A stretch of 59,845 bases of DNA, the filler included. It is 5 parts of 5 records of this genome, joined end to end, with 100 filler letters (N's around TTAATTAATTAA, not from the genome) between each part and the next. Parts side by side here need not be neighbours in the genome. Positions count along the whole stretch, not along the records: positions 1 to 13,960 come from SRR2962707_1059; positions 14,061 to 26,713 come from SRR2962707_1060; 3 more parts are not named here. One strand, 5' to 3'. Made by a program: the position numbers and the translations under genes. Shown in pieces: positions 11,661 to 23,400 of the stretch. A model generated the notes under the pieces. It saw only the letters and a list, made by a program, of their open reading frames with translations. It was not told where the DNA came from and did not search any database. The first letter of the stretch is position 1. Each line of letters starts with the position of its first letter.

Positions 11661-13115
11661 ATGCATACCAAGACCCTGACCGAACTCAGAGCCGGCCTGG
11701 CTGCCCGGGAATTCTCCTCCCGCGAGCTGACCGAACACTTTCTGCGCCGCATCCGGCAATTCGACGGTGAGCTCAACAGTCTGATCACCGTCACCGAGGA
11801 GCAGGCCCTGGCCCAGGCCGATGCCGCCGACGCCACCCTCGCCCGGGGCGAGGGTGGACTGCTTACCGGCCTGCCCGTGGCCCACAAGGACATCTTCTGT
11901 ACCGAAGGCGTCCGCACCAGTTGCGGTTCACGCATGCTGGACAACTTCATCGCCCCCTACACCGCCACCGTGGTGGAGAAGATGGCGGCGCAAGGCGCGG
12001 TGATGCTGGGCAAGACCAATATGGACGAGTTCGCCATGGGCTCCTCCAACGAAACCAGCTTTTATGGCCCGGTGAAGAACCCCTGGGACCAGGAGCGGGT
12101 GCCCGGCGGTTCCTCCGGCGGCGCCGCCGCCACTCTGGCCGCGCGCCTGGCTCCGGCCGCTACCGGTACCGACACCGGCGGTTCCATCCGCCAGCCGGCG
12201 GCGCTGAACGGCGTCACTGGTCTGAAGCCCACTTATGGCCGGGTATCGCGCTGGGGCATGATCGCTTTCGCCTCCAGCCTCGATCAGGCCGGCCCGATGG
12301 GGCTGAGCGCCGCCGACTGCGCGCTGATGCTGGCCGCCATGGCCGGCCACGACGACAAGGATTCCACCAGCCTGGACGAGCCGGTGGGCGACTATCTCAG
12401 CGACCTGAACCAGAATCTGGAGGGTCTCAGGATCGGCGTTCCGGAAGAATTCTTCCCGGACACTCTGGACAACGCCATTGCCGAAAACAGCCGCGACGCT
12501 CTGCGGGAGCTGGAAAAGCAGGGCGCCAAACTGGTACCGCTGTCGCTGCCGAGCATCAAACTGTCGGTGCCGGCGTACTACGTGATCGCGCCGGCGGAGG
12601 CCAGCTCCAATCTGTCCCGCTTCGACGGCGTGCGCTACGGTCACCGCTGTGACGATCCCGTGGATCTGTTGGATCTGTATAAACGTTCCCGTTCCGAAGG
12701 CTTCGGCGAGGAGGTCAAACGCCGTATTCTGGTCGGCACCTATGCTCTGTCCGCCGGCTACTACGACGCCTATTACCGCCGCGCCCAGCAAGTCCGCCGC
12801 CTGATCCGTGACGACTTCGCCCGCGCCTTCGCCGAGGTGGACGTGATCATGGGGCCGACCAGCCCGGAAACCGCGTTCAAGATCGGCGCCAAGGTGGATG
12901 ATCCGATCAACATGTACATGGCCGACGTCTTCACCATCGCCGTCAACCTGGCGGGGCTGCCGGCGCTGTCCATGCCCAGTGGTTTCGTCAACGGCTTGCC
13001 AGTGGGCACTCAGGTCATCGGCAACTACTTCCAGGAGGGCCGCATCCTCAACGTGGCCCATCGTTATCAACTGGCCACCGACTGGCATCAACGGATTCCG
13101 GGAGCGTTCGCATGA
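11661..13115 (+). CDS. gatA: Asp/Glu-tRNA amidotransferase subunit A
   Basis: Amidase signature [20 protein letters not shown] and [12 protein letters not shown]. Confidence 0.97.
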   Translation: MHTKTLTELRAGLAAREFSSRELTEHFLRRIRQFDGELNSLITVTEEQALAQADAADATLARGEGGLLTGLPVAHKDIFCTEGVRTSCGSRMLDNFIAPYTATVVEKMAAQGAVMLGKTNMDEFAMGSSNETSFYGPVKNPWDQERVPGGSSGGAAATLAARLAPAATGTDTGGSIRQPAALNGVTGLKPTYGRVSRWGMIAFASSLDQAGPMGLSAADCALMLAAMAGHDDKDSTSLDEPVGDYLSDLNQNLEGLRIGVPEEFFPDTLDNAIAENSRDALRELEKQGAKLVPLSLPSIKLSVPAYYVIAPAEASSNLSRFDGVRYGHRCDDPVDLLDLYKRSRSEGFGEEVKRRILVGTYALSAGYYDAYYRRAQQVRRLIRDDFARAFAEVDVIMGPTSPETAFKIGAKVDDPINMYMADVFTIAVNLAGLPALSMPSGFVNGLPVGTQVIGNYFQEGRILNVAHRYQLATDWHQRIPGAFA

Positions 13116-13960
13116 GTTGGGAAACCGTCATCGGCCTGGAAGTGCACGTGCAACTGGCCACCGCCTCCAAACTGTTCTCCGCCAGCAGCACCCGCACCGG
13201 CGACGAACCGAACAGCAACGCCAGCCTGATTGATCTGGCCATGCCCGGCACTCTGCCGGTGGTCAACCGTGAAGCAATCCGTCACGCAATCCGCTTCGGC
13301 CTGGCCATTGACGCGGAAATCGGCCGCCGTTCCGTGTTCGAACGGAAAAATTATTTTTACCCGGATTTGCCCAAGGGCTATCAGACCACCCAACTGGCCG
13401 AGCCCATCGTCGGCGCCGGCGTGGTCGAGTTGCAATTGGAGGACGGCACCCGCAAGACCGTGCGCATCCACCACGCTCACCTGGAGGAAGACGCCGGCAA
13501 ATCGCTGCATGAAGCGTTCTCCGACGAAACCGGGCGGGCCATGACCGGCATCGACCTGAACCGGGCCGGCACGCCGCTGATCGAGATCGTCTCCGAACCG
13601 GACATGAGCAACGCGGAAGAAGCCGTGGCCTTTGCCCGCAAGTTGCACGCCATCGTCACTTCCCTGGGCATCAGCGACGGCGATATGTCCCAGGGCAACA
13701 TGCGCTTCGACGTGAACATCTCCGTGCGCCGTCCCGGCGAGCCGCTGGGTACGCGTACTGAAACCAAGAACCTGAACTCATTCCGGTTCATGGAAAAAGC
13801 CATCAAACTGGAAGTGGAACGGCAAATTGATGTGCTCGAGGATGGTGGTGAAGTGGTGCAGGAAACACGCCTGTACAATGGCGAAACCAACACCGCGCGC
13901 GCCATGCGCAGCAAGGAAGACGCCAACGACTACCGCTACTTCCCCTGCCCGGACCTGCTG
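13112..13960 (+). CDS. gatB: Asp/Glu-tRNA amidotransferase subunit B (3' truncated at contig end)
   Basis: Motifs [33 protein letters not shown] and [10 protein letters not shown]. Confidence 0.97.
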
Positions 13961-14060
13961 NNNNNNNNNNNNNNNNNNNNNNNNNNNNNNNNNNNNNNNN
14001 NNNNTTAATTAATTAANNNNNNNNNNNNNNNNNNNNNNNNNNNNNNNNNNNNNNNNNNNN
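13961..14060. other. Artificial contig spacer
   Basis: N44-TTAATTAATTAA-N44, which places stop codons in all six frames. Confidence 0.98.
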
Positions 14061-14083
14061 CTGCTGCTGCTGCTGCTGCTGCT
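14061..14083 (+). repeat. (CTG)n microsatellite at contig edge, encoding poly-Ala
   Basis: ctgctgctgctgctgctgctgct. Confidence 0.8.
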
Positions 14084-14383
14084 TCTGCTAAGACTCCACG
14101 ATCTGCAGCTTTTGCTGGCGAGAATTATGCTGGTAGTGAGAGAAAAGCAGCAATTTTTGCCGGCTCCAGGTCTCAAGGCTCTGTCTCCACACACGAGCAT
14201 GAGCATGGCCGATCACTTGCCAGCTGCGACACGGTCCCTGCAGGGCCGGGATTGCATGTGGAGGGAGTGTGTAGCTGCTCAGGTGACTTGATTGTGGGTG
14301 GTCGAAGTGTTGCGGAAGAAATTGATCGCCTGAATGTTACGTTGACCGCGTTAGCGAAGCTTGCAAATACTACAAGCACGTGA
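14063..14383 (+). CDS. 3' end of an unknown eukaryotic gene (5' truncated)
   Basis: Open frame from the contig edge (AAAAAAASAKTPRS...CSCSGDLIVGGRSVAEEIDRLNVTLTALAKLANTTST) ending in TGA TGA, followed by an AT-rich 3' region. Confidence 0.55.
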   Translation, partial: AAAAAAASAKTPRSAAFAGENYAGSERKAAIFAGSRSQGSVSTHEHEHGRSLASCDTVPAGPGLHVEGVCSCSGDLIVGGRSVAEEIDRLNVTLTALAKLANTTST

Positions 14384-14468
14384 TGATAAAAAGCATCATC
14401 ATAGTACCAATACAGGCGTGCTCCATTCAAAATTGTTTACATAACTTTTATGCTTGACCCAAAAAAAA

Positions 14469-17400
14469 TCAGGAAACAGCACCAGTTTGCACTGATCTTG
14501 CCATTGATGCTGAGGTATCAGTCGTCGATGAGGAAGCCGGGAGTTGGCGCTCCGCAACGTCACGACGCTCAGGGAACAAGTGGTTGAAGAACTGTGGACG
14601 ACTTCTCAGTGCGCCGAGTATTGCTCGTCGTCGCTTTTGTTGTTCAGCACTCCCGTTGGCTTCAGCCTGAATCAAACATACACATTCACAAAGCTAAGGG
14701 TCCACTGTCACGCTCACTCGCTCGCTCACAATGCATTCTCAACCATCCTTCACAACGGCGTCAAGTGTGGCGCAATCAGCCGTTGCAATACGATACACTA
14801 CGGAACACACATCATACCTGAACACCATGAATGATTGAACCCATGCTCACCACCCCAGAAGGCTTACGATACCGGAACACGCGGGCTATCTCCTTAATGA
14901 AAGCATGCCGCTTTTCGAAGCGCCCTGCGCACCAGAGCCGCTGGTTGGGCATTAAGGTGCAAACAGCCGACGATGCCGGTGGAACCCCAGGTCGGTGCGA
15001 ATCGCTGGTACTACCATCAAACCCCGCACCTGCGTCAACATCATCCACTGGCGCAAGAGACGAGCCCGAGGACAAACTCTCGCTAGAAATCGATCCCATC
15101 GACAGCGTCGAGCCGTCACGGCCACTTTTATGATAAAAGGATACTGGACGTGCAGCGTTTTGAGTCTCGATGTACCAGCGCAACGTGTGCTCGAGATTGA
15201 AAAGAATGTCTGCAACAACTCGTTGAACGCTTCCAATGCCAACTGCAACTCGTTCAAGAACTTTCTCGACGCATTCAACGGAGCGGTCAGAGGGATGGCT
15301 TCCCGCACTGTTCAGCTGGTTCTGATGCCTGTCGCCTGATTGCCAGGTCTGTTTCTCGTGGGGCTCGAAGCGATTCAAACCATGTGACGAGCGGCGTAGC
15401 ACTTTAGTATACACGAAAATTGTAAATGTTGTGCAATCACGGGGGTCTGGGCGACAAGGAAGACTGCCTCTGGTGGCAGCGCACACAACCAACACAACTT
15501 GCGGGCGGTCGATGCGAAGACCACAGGGGAACTTGAAATCATTATTTCCAGACTGAGCTTTTCCGTAGTTCCAGTTGTGCAATGTCAGATTAGCTTCGGC
15601 AAAACACTGAACGCGTTCCGAGCCAAGCACTTGACGAACTGCAGCTTGTACAGGGGGCACTTCCCCGTTAACGCCATACGAGCACCACAGCTGCAGAACG
15701 GTAACGTCAGGAGGTGGAAGATCAGTCGCATGAGTTGGGCTTGTCGAAAATGGTGCGGAAGGTGACAACTTTTGAGCCAACGGTTGTGCCACTACGCACG
15801 ACAAATCGACCGACAGAACGTCTGTGGTAGATGTGCGGCAAAATCGCAACCCCAACCGTTGGATGTTTGGGGACTGCGGCGGAGGATTCGGCTTGAGCGA
15901 GGCCAACCAGCTGTTCTCAAACAGCCCAGCACCAATCAGTTCATGAACTGTACAAACGCTTCCAACCAAGCAGGCACCCGCTAAGCCACCAAACATGGTG
16001 GAGCTGCAGCGTTTCATATGAATTGTCCCGTCAGTGGAAATGTTCACGTCACAAGCCAGGTTTAACACACTCCGCCGGGGGCTACAGAGATCCAATTCGG
16101 CCAAACTGTCATGAAGGGTGCACTGCGTCTTCAAGGTCCCGCTATTTGCGTCGGTGGATGTTCCCACAACGTATTTCCCGTCGGCCGCAAAACTTCCTGG
16201 CACAAATGCGCTACCGGATGAAGAAACCCCTCCGTTCGGCCCAATGGTCTCGTCGCCAATGTCCGCGGAACCGACTTGCGCCATGATAGGCACCAAGTTT
16301 GCTGGTGGTGTGAACTCAAACGCCTGTTTGTATTGCGCGTCCGTGGCTGGCCGTGCAGTCTGCCCTGACACCTGGTTCGTGTTCGCGTTGTTGGCGTACG
16401 GTCCAGAACTCTCAGATTGCACTTGGGGGCTGATAACCGCGCCTAACATTCCTAGATCACCCAGCAAAGCGCGGACTGCATCCACGGGAGTCACAGGCTC
16501 AAAAGATTTTGGCCAAACCTCCGATGATTCTGCCATTGCCTTGAAACCCGTGCCCGCATAATTTTGCGTTTCCATTTGAACGGCCATGGTTCTTTCATCG
16601 TCCAACGCCTGGTCAAAGCAATCATCAATGCTCTCCATGCACTCAAGAATATGCTGTCCGAACATCACACTATCACCTTCACTCCTGGAAAATGTGTCCA
16701 CGGGCTTGGAGCTGGTCGTACTGGCATCAGTAGTATTGGTCGATACTGCACTGGAATCATGATGCATCAAGCTTTCAAGCAGAAGGCCCAGCCGACTATG
16801 CACTGAGCTTACAACTGTGTCAGCATTTTGTCGTACACCTGTGGGCTGTGGGGTTTTCGAAGACATTGGTGCCGCGTCCAATGTTCCAGAAGCACAAAAT
16901 GTGGGATCACGTTGGAAGCTGCCGCTGCCGCTGTCAATGCAGCGCGGCGATGGCACCTCGAAGCTCCAAGCATGCGTCCCAGTCAAATCTCGTACCCAAA
17001 CGTCGACACGCCCACTATTTGCACGTTTGGCAACGTCCTCCGTACCCTCTGCGTCCATCGAAACTAACGTGATCAGACGATGGTCCGTTGAATCGAAGAA
17101 GCTGATGCTTTGTTGCAAGGTTGCTGCACGCGCAAGTGTTGCGCAGCATTCTTGCCGAAACGCACGAGCAATGGTGCCTGTTGGTGGGAACACAAATTGT
17201 CTTTGTTGATGCGGCAATTCCGTACAACTTGGAACGCCGAATGAACGCGGCGGGCAGTTGGCTGTTGGACCAGTTGATGCACTTGCGCGGAAAACCTGCA
17301 GCTGGGAACGTTGGTACGAGTTAAACAGCTCAAGCATAAGCGTCTGGCCAGCCATATGAATGGCTGCATAGTCGGTCCAACTGTGATCCAATAGACCATC

Positions 17401-20400
17401 GAGGACCTCGCAAATAACTTGCGTGAGCATATTGTCCTCGTCCACAGACCGCGTCAAATGCTTGTCCTCCATGCGGTCTGAGCGCTTTTCCTGCAAATGC
17501 CAATCCGACAATGATCTGCGGTGCGAAGTCTGTGCCGTGCCCAAATTTGGGCCGTCACCGAATTCGGCCGAATGAGACGAGGCATGGCGCTGCATACAGC
17601 GCCTGAACGCGTAAGACTCTACGAGTAATGTCACAGAATCGTCTTGAAGGAACACCCAGTCATGAAGGCACGCAACCAAACTCAAAACCGCCTGTAATAC
17701 CTCGTCCCGGGGCGAGGATACTCGACCAGTGCTGCTGCTAGCGCTGCTACCGTCACTCCCTCGGCCGACTGCTGCCGCAGAGGAAATAAGCGTCAAGTGC
17801 AAAAGCACCTGTTGCCCAATTCTTGCAACTATTGCAGAACGTAAACTTGGCTTCAGACTGGCATCGACATCGATGGCCGGCTGAAAGTTTGATGCTGAGA
17901 CAGATGATGCACTATGGTGCGTTCCCGGCTCTTGCTTTGGCCGGCTGCCACTTGCGCGAGAAAGTTGGGGCCGGCTAAAACGGGTGGCAAGGCGCCTTAG
18001 GGCCCCAGCGAAGTGCCGCACAACGTGTGGGCGGTTACGGGAGGAGCAACACGCAGCATTGAAAGTGATCACGGACTGGCAAAGCGCTTGTGCATTTGCT
18101 TCGTTTCGAAGATCCTGGAAATGCACAAACACGGAAGTGAACAATACAAACAAGGTCCGTGCGACAACAACGACAAGAAATACGACAAGACCATGCACCG
18201 AACACCCTTCAAGTCAAAATTCGTGCAGCAATTTACGTACACGAACAAAACTGTGCAGGCCTTTGCCATTAACACCAACACGGCACAAAAAGCGTTCAAC
18301 CTCGTCCCTGAGGCGGTCGAAGAGAAGCCGCAAATCCTTAATGTGAATCCCGTGTTCTTGCTGAAGTTGTTTGCGGAGATTTACACCGCGGGCTGAGAGA
18401 TTGGGTCCACCACTCAATTCACCAGCGGCGTTGTCTCGGTTGGGTAGTCCCGACTCCCAGCTTCTTTGTTGTGCCGAGGGTGAATCCATTGGAACCGAAG
18501 CTGCGAAGCTCATTGATCTGGCATGCGATCGCGAACCCAGGCGCGAGATTCGTGAGATTCGCCACTCGGCTTCTTCAAGCGCACTTGAAGAAGCCCAACC
18601 ACCAAGGAGGCGTTTGCAACGGTGCCAAGTTCCGAGGGCAAACCTGACCATGGGTGAGAGCATCGATGCGTCAGGATCTGCCGCCGGCAATGTTCGATGG
18701 GCGTGGTCTCCACGCTGCGCAGGTCCGGATCCATCAGGTAAATCACTTTTGCGGGACTGCTGCTGGAGATGGTACTTCGTTTCTGCTTCTTTCGCCGCTG
18801 TCATAGCTCCCGCACCAGTATGCGAATAGGCTTCCTCCAAACTAAAGTCGGGTAAAAATACGTCGTTACCCGAAAGCTCAGTGCCAAAATGCATGAGATA
18901 TGATGAATGGCGACAGCATTCCATCAACGAATGGTAAGCGTGGGCTATTCGCCAGAAGTCGATGGCCTTGCGCACAAGCGATATGGGGGCCTCTGGCGGA
19001 GCAGGTATTGCACTATCAGCGTCTTCAATTGACTCGTCGTCGATGGTGTGAGTCTCCTCGTCATCCTGGTCGGTGTCAGTGTCAAACGAACCAGAATCTC
19101 CGTCAAAGCCGACATTGTCAAGTTCGTTGTCGTCCTCTCGCGCGTCTACTTGATCAAAATCATGATCCTCGACATCGTCACCAGATCTCCCTCTCAGTTG
19201 ACCCAGATTCGACTGCCCGTCGCTGCGATCAGACGTGGCGTTGCTGCCTTGGCTCATGTCCTCTTCATTGCCCTCGTGCACTATTGGGGTGTCCAATTCA
19301 AGAATTTGAGCAAAGGCTCCTCGTTCTTCTTCTTCGGAGTCGGACAATGCCGTGCTTGGGGCATCTACAGACGAGTCTCTCGACGACCAACGCCTATTTC
19401 TACCTCCACGACGTTCATCCTCCTCCCCCAATGGCGGTGGGTCAAGCGGTGAATGGGTGGTCGAGCTCGACTGAACCTTGCGGGATCGATGAGCTTCGCG
19501 CTTTTTGGCTTTTGATTGACGGGATCGACGCATGAAATGCTTGATTGTTTTTTGGCGAACCTTCGACGAGTGTATGTCAACACGATCAGTTGGGGATGTG
19601 CTACGGCGTCGCCGCTGCTGCTTGCGTAACCGCATTCGACGCTTTCTCTGGTCATCTTGCTCAGCACGTGCTTCGGCCTCATGAATGTAGAGGGTCTGGA
19701 TGAAACGCAACGACAAGTAATCATTGCTCAGCACACACTGGATCAGGTGCTGTTCCTGTTCCAAGGGTGGAAGCCCAACTGATTTCAGGAAAGCCCGATC
19801 CAGGACCTCGTCTGAGCACGGTCGTTGTACCTCAGGCAACTGGCGAACTTTGCCGCCAAACAACGAGCCGCCTCCGTCCAAAAGAGTAGTCGATGCTGGT
19901 GCCATTGGGTGTCCCGTTGCGACATCCCCAGGTCCGGCAACCGTACAAGAACAAACCATCGTGTGAAGAGCAGATGCACAATTAGCGAGCAAAGTGCCAG
20001 AAGCAACCCTCCATTGCATAGCTTGAGGTTTTCGAAGGCCGCGCTGATGCCACGGTAAATGAACAGACAAAGGCCAACCATCCTGGTTGCTCAAATAAAT
20101 TTCTTCCCGAACTAAAGACTTGGCGATTTCTGCCATTTGTTTTCGAAGCAAGCCCAAAGGCAGCGTTGTCACACTTCGCTGGGATTGCTTCGCTACCCAG
20201 GGCTGCACGGAGGCATCAATGGGCAGGGCTGTTGAACCAGCTACAACGTCTAAAAAACGCGACAACGCCACCCGACTTCCATATGAGCCAATGTGGCGAT
20301 GAAATAGGTTCCAACAAACTTTTGCTTGATCATTGCCACCATACTCCCACCCAGCCGAACCAATTGCTATGTTCTTTGCTTTTCGCTGGGAAACAGCACT

Positions 20401-23400
20401 GTTCGGGCCATCGCTTTTCCATGACCCAATCTTGAACCAACAATACATCCGCAATCTGTGCAGATTTTCGGCGCAGATGCAAAAGGCTGGCAACAGAGGC
20501 TGAATATAGGCTTGGAACAAAGCGCTTCCTTGTTCACAAAATCCGTGAAATATAGCCGCTGCAAACAACGCCTGCAGTACCTGTTGAACGGAGGCAATGA
20601 TCATTTCTAGCTGTTCCCACAAAACACAGTCACTAGCCCCAACACAGAAAAAACGCACCATGTGTTGAAAATCTGTGTCGTCAAGCTCAAAGTCATCATC
20701 CTGCAGACCAGACACCCCTTCTGAGGCAGCAGGAGTTGAGGCTTGCCCAGCATGTTTCGATGTGGAACGCAACTCAGCACCTCTGGTGACACCCACGCCA
20801 GCGCCAACTCGGCCAGTTGCAGCGACCACTGCCGGGCCGACACCACCAGTCCGCATGCTACGTACGCCATTGACATCGGTGATCGAATTGAGTACAGAAG
20901 TTGGGGGAAGCCCCGTGTGTGTGGTGCCACTTGCGTGTCTTTCAATAGCTGGAACGGCGCTGTTGAACATATCCTGCCGGCTGCTGCTAGCACTCATGCT
21001 ACCTCCACTGCTTCGTCGGCCAGCATCAATGCTATTGTTCCTTGATGAGTCTCGTCGGTGCGACAAACCATCAAAAAAAGTTGGTGATGCCCCCTCGAGC
21101 ACCTCAAGTGCTTGCCTCGGCAAATTAGGGGAGAAAGCGTATTTGTCCATCAACAGTAGTCTGCGCAACAAAAGACGGAATCGTGCACGAAGGCTATCAC
21201 GAACACGAGAAACGTCTTGATGCTTCAATAAAATGGCGTCACAATTGCTTCGCTGCCATTGAAGCGCCTCGCGCACAATCGATGCTGTTGCCTGCACTGA
21301 CGGCTTGGTCCGCTTTTCCGTGGGTGCTTGGCCGTGTTCGAATTTTTCACCAATGCGTGGCATTGCTTCAAGCACTGCATCCTCTTCATCAGAACTGCTA
21401 CCAGACCCTGTTGTAGAGCTGTCCGAAGAACTTCCCCACACTTCTGGGTCAGGCATATTGGCAGCATCTTGTTCAGCATCGATCAGTTCATTTGCAGCAG
21501 TGACTAGCCTGCCTGCAAGATCTGTGGCCACAATTTCTGCGTCGTCTACAGCCGTCTCGATGGCAGCAAAGAGTTTACAGAGTGCTTGGATCGAGAAAAT
21601 TTTCAACTCGACCGCACTTTCCTCGAAATCCGCGTCGGACGTAACGCCTTCATAAGCTGCGGAGCGCTGATTGGCTGGAGCCGTATCAACATTTGATAAG
21701 TCACTTGCTGCACTGCTCACACGCCGCAGACCCTCTGCATTGTCGCGGTATCCCACTACCGGAATGACATCCTGATCCACGAAATCGAACAGCCACTCTC
21801 CCATTAAGTAGCAGACGCTTGTTGGCGAAAAGAAAGGCCAAGATCTACTCTCCCGACGCTGGTCGCTGGGTGAGATGGCTTGCCCAATCACACCGTTGGT
21901 TGTGCTCATTGCGCTGACAAAGAAAAGCGCAAGTCGGTTCACGGCCGCCATGACTTTTTTATGAACAATTGCTGGACATGCCCGTGCCCACTCATGCACA
22001 CTGGTCTCGTTGGCACCTACATGGCAAGCATACTATATCATTGGCGCAACAAACATTGTTTGTTTTGAAAACAAGGACTCAAAGTAGTTGCTGGTATGAC
22101 ATACCTAGCATGGGAAAACGCAACAACATATGAAAAAGGCGTGTATTACACGATACCGAAGGGACCACGACCACCATGCCGCGGTCACCGAAGTCTTTAA
22201 CGTCGTCATGGTCGCCCCACGCATTATCAGCCACTCCTCCATCAGCTGCAGCCCAGACAATTGCAGGCTCTGCAACATCAAAAAGATGCCGAGTGTGGCT
22301 CCGAAATTCACCTTCATCAAAGCTGTCCATGTATTTTGAAACTGGACTATCTTCTGCAGTGCCTTCATGGGCTCCTCTGGTACTCTGTCCATCTTCGTTG
22401 TCACGATGCGATCCCTCACCAAATGACGCTTTGCCCTCACCTTCGCTGCTACCACAGCAGTCAGAGTTTCTGTTCCAGGCATTGCGAACGACTTTCTCAA
22501 CTGAAGCGTGGACACTCGACCCGACAACCGAGGCTATCTCTTTCATGGTAAGCTCCCAGTCATCGACTAGTTGATTAAAAACAGGCGCAGAGCAAACCGC
22601 GCGCACGCGGCGCATGGTGGAAAACGTATCCTGCCATAACACTTCTGTTTCGATTTTCCCTGCAACACTGCTGTAAATTGCTGCATGGGGTAGTGACAAC
22701 AGTTTCACAACGAGGCGTGTCACGTGTGAGGTAGCGCTCTCAAAATCCACCCGCATTGACTCCGGCGACAGCCGCCCTTGAATGCAAGCTGCGTGACCCA
22801 GGAAACCTCCCGCGGTGCCAGTCCCACCATTGCTTCCGTTTCCGCCGGCCGGCGCCCCGACACTGCCAGAACTTCCAAGGTTCGCACGATATGTGGCATC
22901 GACGGAGTCCGTTGGGCCAGACGCGCGTGCGCCTGTGCTCGTGGCAGAAGACGCACTTGCGCCTCCAGCAACAGCATTCACATGTTCCACACTTTGATGG
23001 GCACCTGAAGCCGGAGTATACACCCTGGATCCCGCAGGGGACACGCTGCCCATCGTGGCGCTGTGTGCAGACCTCACACCAAGGCCGCCACCAGCAATGG
23101 CAGCACCTGCGTTCCTTGAGCCACTGTCGCCATACTGCTGAAGAGGAAGCTGGTCAATGCAATTGGCCAACAATTCTGCTATTTGAAGGCATGCGCGCAC
23201 AAAATATGCCCAGCCTTGCAATGGCAGCTGGAAGCCCGGCATTCCCTTGACAGCAGATTTCACATTCCCGGTGCTAGCGGAAGTCCCAAGTCCATGGCTG
23301 CCGCGCGGAGTTGCAACAGCTATGCTTCGATTACACCCCGCAACTGCAGCTTCCAGAAAAGCGAGTACCGCGGCTTGAAAAGATTGAAGGCCATTCCATT

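Noticed and set aside
14005-14016. TTAATTAATTAA palindrome repeated four times in the window
   Set aside because: Always flanked by 44 N on each side; a synthetic six-frame-stop linker, not a biological repeat.
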